DNA from: Marsupella aquatica
Taxonomy: Eukaryota; Plantae; Marchantiophyta
Assembly (NCBI GenBank): GCA_973895155.1
Contig: OZ316898.1
Location: 994,751 to 1,058,750, forward strand
Direction of reading: 5' to 3'
DNA: 64,000 nt
Below, in pieces: positions 23,342 through 34,610 of the stretch. Under the pieces are notes generated by a model that saw only the letters and a list, made by a program, of their open reading frames with translations, searched no databases and had not been told where the DNA came from. A program made the translations under genes and the position numbers. Every line of letters begins with the position of its first letter. The stretch's first letter is position 1.

Positions 23342-24560
23342 GTCTATTCTCTCAGAGATGTTTGAGAAAGTTAAAGCGTTCAATAATAGCAAGAGAGATC
23401 AACAGCTCAAGTTGTCCTTCACAGAATCACAGCAGTCACGAGTTTAAGACCCTCGATCTTAATAACTGGGCTGCACAGTGAGCAATCAATCTTCCAGCGG
23501 CTGCCGGCTGGTCGTGTAGATTTGGTCTTTGGAGCTGCCAGTTTCGATCTTCGAGGTCTGTACATAATTAATTCAATACTTCGATGTCTGACTCAAATCG
23601 TGAGTGGTGGACCCTCTGGGCCTGGGCTGCAATGGTGCAGAGTGCAGAGTGCAGACGCCGTGAGCTAGAGTTGCTTTCGCGTGAAGAGGGAAAGACTTTA
23701 GATCCGGAAATGTCCAATCAGGCGGCAACACGCCACCAGTCGTCGACTTGGGGCCACGGCAACAGAGGTTCTTCGGTTTTCTCCTTGCTTTCGGAAGCAC
23801 GGGGGAAACCATCGCCCACCGAAACATATCGTTCACCCTTTGCTCCTCTGCTATCGACCAGTGTGCCGTTTCTCGCACTACACACTCCCACAACATGAGT
23901 GAGATCTCTACTCTACGAACGGTTCCTGCCCATCACTCTGCAGCATAGGCGCTGAACGAGAGGCCAATGGTCTAGTAGGAATCGAGGTGCCTGATTGGTT
24001 AGCTGGCCGGCTGTGCAGGTGACGAAGCGGGGTATCACCACTGCTTTCCACTCAGGATCTCCAAAGGGTAATGAATCTCTGCTTTTAGACTCTCTGGTGG
24101 GCCTCTTTGCGCTATATACGAAAGATTGTCAACCAACAAATGGGCGCGTTCCCATTGCAGGGGAATGCGTGCTTTGAGCCAATTGCAGTTAGAGGCACCA
24201 CCAAGTGGGAAGAGAGTGGTGTGCGATTTCGATTGCTGCTGGTGTCTGTCTGCCTCTTTTCTGTTGGTGAAGGTGTCCACTGGTTATTATTAGCCGTTGA
24301 ACACCGAAGGTCAACTGCGAGCATGTTATTGATCAACTCGAGTCCGTAGATTAGTTTGAAATTGTTGGGAATTGACCGCAGCGGCTGCGAAAAATGGCTT
24401 CTGAGACTTCAGATGCGGGAAGGTATTCGGAAATTGAGGTGGCCACAGACCCTGGTGTAATTCCTTTTCGCAATTCGAAGAAGTGGCAGCACATTGTGGT
24501 TGTTTTTGGTTCTAATTTGATGTCCGGCGTTGGAAATGTAGAATTAGCGTCGCGGAAACT

Positions 24561-27500
24561 ATGTCCGAGGGACCGCGCAGCGTCGACATTCAGTACAGCT
24601 CCCTCCCAGCAGGTGTGCACTTCTCACCTCTGGCACTCTCTAACCAGCTATGTTTCCTTATGTCAATTGCGTCCTCACATTCTTTCTATTTAGTGACAGA
24701 CAGACGAGTAGAAGGCAAACTGGAGAGTAGGGAGATTTTCCGAGCAGCAAGTGGGCGACAAGAGCACTCCAAACGTAATCGAGCATGCGGGATGTCCTAT
24801 CAGAAATTCTGGAAGGCGTTGCCATCTCTTCGGTAGAGGGTCTCCGTTAAGCAGAATTTTCTTGTGTCTGCCTCCTTTGGGCCGTGTCTGATTAAAACAA
24901 CATTTCATCGGCCGTTCTGAATCCTACAGATCAACCGGAGTCAGTCCTTCAATCTTGTGGCAATTCAATTTCAAGTAGGAATGATAGTTCATGACACATC
25001 CAGTTCCGATCAGTGAACCTTATCATGTTTGCCACCCAGACCCGTATGTTTGTTGGTGTGTATCATCGTGCTCTTTTGAACATCCTTTTCTGTTTCCGTT
25101 ACGATTGGCTGATTAGTTATCCTTGCAATCGAGATTCTTTTGGTTGGCTAGAATGCTAGATTGAATGTACTTCCGATTGAAGTATTATCCCACAACTATA
25201 ACCCTACTGATAGATGCACTATGCTACATCTCAGTGCCTAAGTTCTTTCTTCTTCCTGCTCTATAATCTCTATGGTGCAGAGGAAAAGAAGAAAAGCGCC
25301 TGGAAGAGATGGAAGGACAAATGGCTCCGCATGGAGAGGCTCTTCTTCTGGACTCTCCTTGGTGTAATAGTTGGAATTGGCCTTGGCCTAGCCCTCTACC
25401 ATGCAAACTGTTCAAAATTAACAATCGAAATAATTGGTGAGTTCTTGATAAGTTTATTTCAAAGTGCTATCCAATCTTCCCAAAGACACTCGTACTGTTT
25501 TATTCTATTGATGGGGGTGTCTCCAAGAATGCAACAACCGAAGTGTGCTTTATGTACTAGAGTCTCCTATGTCCGGTCTCAGGTGGCTAGTTTCATATTT
25601 CTGTGCAATATTGCTTTAAAGTGTTGACTCTAGATCGTCTATTTGTGTCAGGCTAGACATACTGAGCTGGGGAGATCTAAATTCTCGTTTCTTAGAGAGT
25701 CGTTGGGGAGAATTCGGAATGAGGGAATGAAAAACAAAATGGTGTTGTGTTGCGTCGGGTTCAGGTTATCCAGGAGAGATTCTGATTCGTGCTTTGGAGG
25801 AGCTTATTTTGCCATTGATTGTTTTTGCTCTAATGGTCGGAATCCTCAATCTGCGCCACACTCCCGGCGGGTAATCTACAGAGCCCCTGTGAATCCAGTC
25901 CAGACTGTTGTCCTTAATACCTTCTGAGGGCAGGAATGGCTGATGTTTTGGTGTGGACTCGAAGGGTGTTCTTTTGTATTCTGTTTCAATATGCTTGAGG
26001 AAGCCAGATACTCTTAAACGATTGAATTATCTTCATTGGAATCTTTTTTATCCGAAAGGTTCAGTTGTATCGTGTCACTTACAGAGGGCATATGCCATGG
26101 TTGGATTAATAAGCTTTTTCTGTGTTCACAGAACTGGGAGGATCGTTCGATGGGCATTGTGCTACTACCTTCTGTCCATGGTACTAGCTGTGGGCGTGGG
26201 CATAGCTCTCGTGGAATTGATAAAGCCAGGGAAGCATACGAACTTCAGTTCTGAGTCCGCCAGTTCATGCTCAGCAACCAATACTACCTCCAACTCGTAA
26301 GAATCTCTCTGAGAAATTTCCTCTTGTTTAACGAGAAAGATGCTAGAATCTTCAGTTCTGAATGGTCAGCGGTTGGGGAGTGGAATTGGATTATTCTGCC
26401 ATCGAAAGCAACTCATATTTCAACTCCGTTCGTGATGTCAATTGAATTGGTCCCTACAGTCAATCTCAGGCAGACAAATCTGTGGTGGAGTCCCTTTTGA
26501 ACATTGGGCGGGATTTCGTGCCAACAAACATTGTCGCGGCAGCTGCAGTACCGAATTATCTTGGTGTCATTGTCTTCTCGGTCGTTTTCGCTGCTGCTGT
26601 TAGCACAATGGGTATGAACAATCAGACTCATCAATTCATATGACAGCTCCAGCAAGTGATCTCATTAATTGTGCTTTGATCGGAGGAATTTTACCTACCC
26701 AATGACTCGTTTGTGGTAAGTTGCCTTAGAATGAATCAAGTTGGGTAGAAGTGTTGTTCACAACTTCCGCCATTGTTTCGACTTGTAGGGGACAGTTTTG
26801 ACATTTCGAAGCTGGACCGTTTCTCGCTGTAAATCTCCACCATAGGTGTGCAGCCCACACAAGAGTTGAACTAGAGTTGAAATATTTTCTGAGCTCTGGG
26901 CTTTTGCTGTTGTAACACTTCAGGTGAGCAAGCGGAACCTTTCATTTACGTTATTGAGCTTTGCAACCAGGTCATTCTAAAGATCGTGAGTTCAGCCTCC
27001 CTCACGTAATCTTACTGTTGCAGCATATAGGTGCAATAGATTTAATGGTGGAAGAAGGGTCAACCAAAATCTGAAAGCGTCACCAATGTGACGGCGTTGA
27101 AATTTTGTCAATTTGTTCGTTTGAAGGGCTTACAACACATGGTCCATCACAACACATGGTCCATCATTCTCTAATGACTTGAAACTTATGAAGGCTGTAG
27201 ATGAGTCCATTCCAGACTCGACAAGAAATCTTACTTCTTTTATGTGTTTCTTGTTCAGATTCGTGTTGTAATAGCTTTCGCTCCAATTGGGGTGGCATCT
27301 CTAATCGCCAGCACAATCTTGAAAGCGTGTAATCTAGGAGGGTTACTGAAAGCCTTGGGACTCTACGTGAGCACTATTTTGAGTGGTTTTTTTGTCCATG
27401 GGGCGGTCGTACTTCCGTTGACAATGTTGATATTGTCACGACAGAACCCTTTCAAAGCATTTAAGTAAGTATTGCAAACTCCTTTTGTCTCAATGTCAGT

Positions 27501-28549
27501 TGCAAAGTCGAACGGATTAAGTACGGAGGAGATTTCATATTTCAGCCTTGGAGCGTGTAAAACTTTCGTTGAGGTTTCTTTTTGGTGGGAAAATGCAGGG
27601 GCTTCCTCCCTGCACTTATCATGGGATTAGGAACATCCTCCAGTGCAGCGACAATGCCCGTGACCATGAAATGTTCGGAAGATCTTGGCTGTTCCTCGAG
27701 CATAGTTCAATTTGTGATACCTCTGGGAACCAACATCAACCGTGATGGTGCAGCTTTGTACGAAGCTGTCTCAGTTATATTCATTTTACAGGTACTTCCA
27801 CTACATGTACTAGATTTGAGCTTGTTATTCGGAAGGGAAAAATTCTAGCCTGATTGAGTCCCAGATCCTTGGAAAGGTCCATATATTTTCCTACTAACTG
27901 GTGACCTTGGGAGGGTTTGTAGGCTGTGGTGGTATTAGAGGGAAGTCTTTGAATGGACACATCAGTGACTGAGATTCAAAGACTTCGTGATGGCAGGCAC
28001 ATGGAGTTTCTATGACAGCCGGAAATATTGTCGTTGTGGTCATCACTGCAACGTTGGCTGCCATCGGATCGGCCTCCGTCCCAAATAGTGCGTTAGTCAC
28101 CATGATAACTGTACTCCAGGTATGCAGCTCAGCTCTTTGTTCTCAGCATTTGAACTTTTGAAATGATTTGAAATTAATTTACTCCATTCATGCTCCTTCT
28201 TGATTCAATATAGCTTTCAGTTTGGGAATAAGAACGACTTGGTGCTTAGCTACTAGTAAATTAGAGGTTAATCAAATCTGTCACTATGCTACAGGCGCTC
28301 AATTATCCCCAGTTCATTTCCGATGTGGCGATCCTCTATGCAGTTGATTGGTTCTTGGGCATGCTTCGGACCGCTCTTAACATCTGGGGCGACGCCTGTG
28401 CAGTGGTAATTGTTGACACCTGGGTTGACAATTACGCCAAGAAACATGACACACTGCCAGTCACGGCAAGCACTGCTTCCCCCATCCAGCTTCCTCAGAA
28501 GGAAGACCAGGACTCTGCAGGCAGCAGTGGTCATGCACATGGAGTTTAA
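24561..28549 (+). CDS. SLC1 / DAACS (SDF) dicarboxylate/amino acid:cation symporter, 10 exons, about 489 aa
   Basis: Exons 24561-24612 (least certain), 25281-25436, 25765-25870, 26132-26296, 26460-26611, 26924-26985, 27259-27464, 27599-27791, 27997-28119 and 28295-28549 are all GT-AG and phase-consistent (1470 nt). Motifs: [43 protein letters not shown] (HP1), [15 protein letters not shown] (TM7), AAIGSASVP (HP2), [18 protein letters not shown] (TM8). Confidence 0.93.
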
Positions 28550-30747
28550 TGCTTTACTTCTTTCCAGATCTCTGCCTCCTTTTCTCAAGGGAAAAGATTT
28601 ATTCGTGCCAATGTGTTGTTCACTTGATCCTGTTGCAGTTGGTCTAGGCCCAACCAGACTGTTGGGTTCTCCACTTCCAGCATAGGGAATACTGAAGCTT
28701 GATCCGTCTCAAATTTTCTGTGAACTGGACGGTGAGCTTGAATTATTCGGAGTATGAAGCCATGCAGTTATTGATGAAATGCGTCTTGTCGCCAAGCAGT
28801 TGACCGAGGACCCTTCGTCTGCCAGTATAGCAAAGCGCTCCAGCTGTAACATCGCGAAACGATCATGTCCTTTCAGGAGAGCAAACAAAATCCTACCGTG
28901 ATGGAAATCATTCGTTAGCCCCAAATTATTATTAATAATTTCATTGAAGCACGCCATAGAAGTCTTCCCCAAAATTGAGCCATTTCAGGTGCTGGAGGGA
29001 GGATTCTCTCGTCACGAGAATCCCTCTAGCTACCCAAATCAATCTTTCTCAATTTGATTGAACCACACATTACACAAGTCCAAGCACTAACGCTTGGGAT
29101 TTTTTTGTTTCTTTCGAAGGTGTTTATATCTTCTACCTAAAACAGGTCTTGAGGAATCCGATATCGATGAACTTGGCAATTTAAACCTGATGTGTCGCGG
29201 AGACTACTGACATATATTGAAGTATCAGGACAGCCAACAAGTTTTAGAATGTCGCGGTGGCCAGGGGTCTTCCAAAAGTTACTGTTTTAGCGCTGGGAGA
29301 TTGCCTAGGTATGATATGCTACTTTGGTGCTGAGAAAGCTCTTCAGAGTCCATTTCCTGTGGCCAACATGTATCATTTGCACAATCAATTGTGTTCTAGT
29401 AGGGAGGCTTTGGGAAAGGACATGGCCTGACAGAACTCACCGGAGGAAACTAATTTCTCATCTTCAAGGATATTTGTGCAATTGCACTATAAAGCGTTTG
29501 TTGATGCTAACAGCAATGCTCCCCATTTTGTTGACGATTAACTGTTGAAGGATGTAGGTCCAGCAACATGTACGGTCTCTTGTTACTTCGCACAAATTCA
29601 GATCACTTGAACCAAGCAGACAATATCAGTGATTTGACAAAGACGAAAATTGTTGCTTCTTCTTACTTGCTCATTGTGGCAAGCGAGGAGCTCCAACATT
29701 GTCTTCAATTTGTTGTTTTTTCGGGTACACACATTTTTTCCTTTGGCCCGGTCTTTGGCAAGACTATGGCGTGAGGTTAGTGATTTGCTTTGCCACCAGT
29801 TCGTGAAGCTAGGTTCGGGAACAGGTGCAATTTGCTCGCAATATTTGCAATAATGAGTTGGGCGAGTGGACGGCGAGTTGGTGATGGTCTTCACGAGTCG
29901 GTGCCACTCTAAGTCCAGCCCAACCGCTGAATAGAGTGCGTTACACCACCTTCCGCAACTTTCAACTTTCCATTACTCAATCGTAAGTTCCATCTACGCA
30001 ATCTACAAACACTGCTGCCACCGACATCGCGCAGTTAGTATGAAGCATAAGTGATCCGGAGCCGGTTCGGAGGAGATGCTCCCCGTTTGGCCGTTTGGGT
30101 AACCATTCCCGACGCTTATGCCTTCATCATTCGGGTCATTATTGGAAGTCCCAATCGAGATGGTAGTTGCCGACATGCATCAATCGCTACGTTTCGGCAC
30201 CTGGTACTTACGAGAGGCTTGTTGCTGTTCTGAAGCCTATTACATACAGTAACTACTGTACCTAGAGTAGTGCATTCCGTTCAAGATTCGAGTCCTGCAA
30301 TCAATCAAGCCTACATGCAAAAAAACTAAGATTGTAGAAGTCCATCGACTCCAAACTCTGATTTGGATCGATCCGTTCACGTCCTGGCGTTGCTTTCTAT
30401 CCGGACTCTCACAATATTTGGTAGATCTGTTGATCGTAATTAGCTAAAGACTTCAGCCTAGCTGAGTTCAGTGGTTACTCTTCACAACAGACAAGATCAG
30501 AGGTCCTCGACGTGGCGAACGAGGCAAGTCAAATGTTGTTGTCTCAGGACCCTTGGATGCGATAGTGCCTGATGGTTTGGTATGAGCAACTTCGACGCCA
30601 TACTTTGAGTACGACGCGTAAAGTGCGCGAGTGAGTGACAGACAATACCGGGGACAACACTGATCCGACCAGATTTGCTCAATTGCCTTCAAACAGCTGT
30701 GTAATTGCCATCGGTGCACATGTGAGCTTTGATCGATGAGAACTCAC

Positions 30748-32374
30748 ATGGCGTCCGAGCGGAGGAGGGTACTCATCTGGGCACTGGCTTTCGAGTGCAT
30801 GCTAATGGTACAATGCGCAAGAACGCAATATCCAGGTGAGCCTGAGATACTGAACCGACTTGGATAACAGATCATTAGTTTGGTATTGTCAGTCGCATTT
30901 TCATTTGAACGACAAAGGCATTATGATCTTAACAAACAGAGTATCTGCGACCAAGGCTACACATTGTTTTGAATTCCTACTTCCAACATTCAAGTTGGAC
31001 TTTGGTTTGGACAGCCAAAAGCAGACATACTACTCACTGACAGGGTGATTTAGGTAGATCCGTGGTTTGAGCTTCCTTACGAAGACGATGATATCACTCA
31101 CTGCAAATTCTTCTTTGAAAAGTTAAGGATCATATAGGTCTGTTGGTATGTTCGTATTATCGTCGGCAGGTAGAGATTCAATCAAAATTCATAATTTTAG
31201 CTTCTGTGAAAATATTCGCTGTGAGCAGAAGATGGCTTCATAAATTTTCATTGCGAGATGCTGTCGGTGGAGAAATGTGCTTTCGCTGTAAGCGCTGGAG
31301 GATTTCGCTGCGTGCTGGAGACCGCACTTCAAATAGATGGCTCCATAACCTACCAATGCCAGGTAACAAATTTGTCCAATTCATATTGAGCGCTGGGTCA
31401 AATGCTAGACTCGTTATCGCTTTCTAAAACCATGTCTTCCGAACGTGCACACGTCCTATGAGAAGGCATGTAGTTTCGGAAATTTCTCGCATCTGAAAAT
31501 ACCACTGCATCGTTTGCCATGTCTGCAGACGTTGCGATTCCAATTGCAACTCGGAAGCGACATCAAACAATCTACACTCCTCCCTTATATCGAGACCGAC
31601 GATTGCATAAATGCATGCGGGTTGCAAAGAATGACCGTTGGCATCTCCACCGCTGACGAGTTCTCGGAGCATAGTCTTTTAGAGAAACTCTGCTCTCCGA
31701 AGTGCAAGCAAAATTGTGGTAACATTATCGACCATTACGAGATCGTCATGGCCGATGAAGGTGAATTTATCATACTCTGTGACTCTGTTCAGCTGCACAA
31801 TTATCTGAAGCTCAAATTTGCTCATCTAAAAGTTCCCACTCACGATCTGTCATACCCAGTTAGCCGGTAATCTCATCACCTCACTACCCATATTGAATGA
31901 TTTATGGGGTCAAGCCTCTTATCTGGGCAACACTGTACTAATTTCTGGCAAGCCAGGCAACAAGGTCTATTCTTTCTAGACTCACGAGTTCGCATGAGGT
32001 GGGAAAGACATCGCCCTCCCTAGGGAGGCGCAACCTTGTACTGTACAGCGGGATCCCGAAACTTGGCCAACTTCCTGAACGCATTATTTCAAAGCTGCAG
32101 ATTTCCTAAGAACTTTCATCACGACAGTAATACGCTCCTTGATTGCTGTGCAGGTAAAGATTTGAGTAGTGTTTGCGAATACCTGACGGAATACCTCAAC
32201 GCCGAGAGAGAATCAGAGGCGCAGTTCACACGAACGAATTGGGCAAGGAATGGGGACAGATCGAGAGGGGATTCGAGAGGGCCACCCAGCTCGAGTAAAC
32301 ATCATCAAATACTCTACGAGCAAGCTCCGGGCCCGAGGAGTGATCGAGCTGCGAGCCCAAACAGCGATCGATAA
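30748..32374 (+). CDS. Secreted PAR1 (photoassimilate-responsive protein 1) domain protein, 4 exons, about 224 aa
   Basis: Exons 30748-30835 (signal peptide), 31229-31362, 31529-31760 and 32154-32374 are phase-consistent. The Cys pattern CEMLSVEKCAFAVSAGGFRCVLE..YQCQT..YIETDDCINACGLQRMTVGIS..LEKLCSPKCKQNCGNIIDHY..EG.DLSSVC is typical of PAR1. Confidence 0.88.
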
Positions 32375-32593
32375 ATCGTCATAGAGATCCCAATTTCTTA
32401 GGAGGCTCCTGCATTCGAGATCAATATGACTGCTGTAACAACATGTATAGCTACTGACAGTACCTTCGCAAATTTATGGCGTCTTCCTAAGGTTACGCTC
32501 TCTGTAGGCTGAGAAGTGGTGATTAGCACCACAGTACCTGCGTGTTCCGAAGGTTTCGCTAAGTGATGCTTAACATAGAGCAGCGTCCATTTT

Positions 32594-32722
32594 AAGGTTT
32601 TTGAATACTAGCCTGATGACCCTTTCCTTGAAACATAAAAAAGAGAGGAGAGAAAAGGTTTTTGAATACTAGCCTGATGACCCTTTCATTGAAACATAAA
32701 ATAGAGAGGAGAGAAAAAGGTT
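32594..32722. repeat. ~62-bp tandem duplication
   Basis: AAGGTTTTTGAATACTAGCCTGATGACCCTTTC.TTGAAACATAAAA.AGAGAGGAGAGAAAA occurs twice. Confidence 0.85.
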
Positions 32723-33029
32723 GCAGACAAAAGAATTTCATTCTATTTTCTATTTCCTCTTATCTTTGCACCATTTCTCACCATCCTTGATTTTTGCCTG
32801 CACCCTCCCTTTCATTTATGCACTCATTTAGAGTCACTGTCTAGAGGCCTCAGTTTGGATGTAAGCCCAATTGAAAGCATAGTTTTTGATTGTGCGTTAT
32901 TAGTTAGATAAACCAGGTTGGCCAAAGTCACCTTGGGTCAAGGAGGAGATGCTAGAAATATCACCTGTCTATGTTTCCTAGCTTTGTGTTCAGCCATTGG
33001 ATTATAATTTTAGATTAAGTAGAGCCACA

Positions 33030-33140
33030 AGATAGTGGCTAAGGGGACCCCCAATATCTGGCCAATTTTAGCCAACATTGGCTAAGCCTTCTGGCATAAG
33101 TGGAATTTGGTGAAAATTTTAGCCACTCAAAAATAGTCTG
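33030..33140. mobile_element. Fragment related to the hAT-type MITE at 22731-23341 (right end)
   Basis: Shares AGTGGCTAA / TTAGCCAA motifs and ends CACTCAAAAATAGTCTG, resembling CACTCAAAAAATACGCTG. Confidence 0.45.
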
Positions 33141-34009
33141 AGACAGACTCTGTTCTATTCAATGACAAGAAAGTAAGGACTCTGGTCTCTACTGTACATT
33201 AGGTTAATTATAGATATATACTGGACCTAAACTAGAAAGCCAGGTGATGTAGACTATTTCATGTAAATGTGTAATATCTAAACCAGCTACTGCCAGGACA
33301 TACGTACGTTATGCGAGGTAAGAAGTTTGGAAGCGAACTAAGGGTTGGCCCATTCTCATATTTATTTGTTTAATTGGTGTTTACCTTTTACGGGGGTTTT
33401 ACTAAAAGGAGTTAATATTCCATTTCTGTTGAATTTGTATTTTTTTCCAACTTTGCTTTTTCTACCGACACATACTTACCGAGTAGATGGCAAATCTTCG
33501 AATGTCCCAACTTGTGCATACTCCCCTTATGGAGGAACCCTTCTAACAATCTTATTGGGTTACTGTTACATGGTTTTAATGTACAATGGTTTACACTATG
33601 TGTATATTTGAATCTTATGAAATCAATTTATCAATGTTTTCCAGCCCCTTAATTTCTTTAATTGTTTTCTTTTTATCAGGTATAATTAGTCAGTGTATGT
33701 ATTTTACATAACCCCATGGGACCTTCCAAAACCTGTAATCACACCAGTGCTATCATTTGGTCACAAACAAGAAAGGCTAATAGTGTTTGAGGCAAGGCAA
33801 AGAAAAACTATTAGACCCCGTAACAGTTAAAACAATAAAAACAAAAAATAGCACTTCAACTAACCAAACCAATGGGTAAAAGAAATAGCCATTAGGATGG
33901 GTTGTGATTGATATATCAGTGTTTTCCAGTAAAATGTTTGAACTTTCACAAATTTTTTATTTGAACTTTCTAGGTTGACAAATTTTGAAACAGACATGGG
34001 TCAGAAGTC

Positions 34010-34610
34010 GGGGGTCTCACGATATGGATGCCTCCCCATCACCTGCTACAGTTTTAGGCCTCAGACCCCCTAAAATGTAAGAAAAAAAAATATTTTTCAA
34101 CCCCTATAAAATTGGAATATTTTTGGAATATCTAAAATTTTGGTTATAAGGACCCTAATGTTCTTATAAATCTCAAAATTTGATTTAAAATACTCTATTG
34201 TTCTTCTCATAAAATTCTTAAGTCTTCCCTTTGAACCAATAAAATGACCCTATACTTTGTCGCACATGATGTGTTGTTACGGACCCCATGAGAGGTCCCT
34301 TCCAAAATTCCTGGCAGCAGAGCGTGCCATGTCAACAACAACCGCAACAAACAAGACTGGTCAGTTTGGTGAATCAAACTTACAGTTTTTATTCGTGTTT
34401 GCGTCAATTTGTGTGTAAATTTTGGGACGCCATGCCGTAAAAAGAAATGTAAAAATTTAGAAATGCAAAGAGCAAAACAGGTAAAATTGTCACTATGTAA
34501 CCGTTTTAGTTACGTATCCAATTTTAAAAATTAAATTCAAAAATTTGAAAAGTATATATTTTCATATAATAAACAATGACTAATAACTAACTTGATAATT
34601 TGCTTGTTAA
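34010..34610 (+). repeat. Dispersed repeat / putative long left terminal inverted repeat
   Basis: The 5' part matches 11337-11543. Segment 34272-34610 is the reverse complement of 46487-46828 (roughly 80-85% identity by eye). Confidence 0.85.

Noticed and set aside
23573-24908. Several 60-107-aa ORFs upstream of the SLC1 gene
   Set aside because: No homology signal; only 24561-24612 fits as a phase-compatible first exon.
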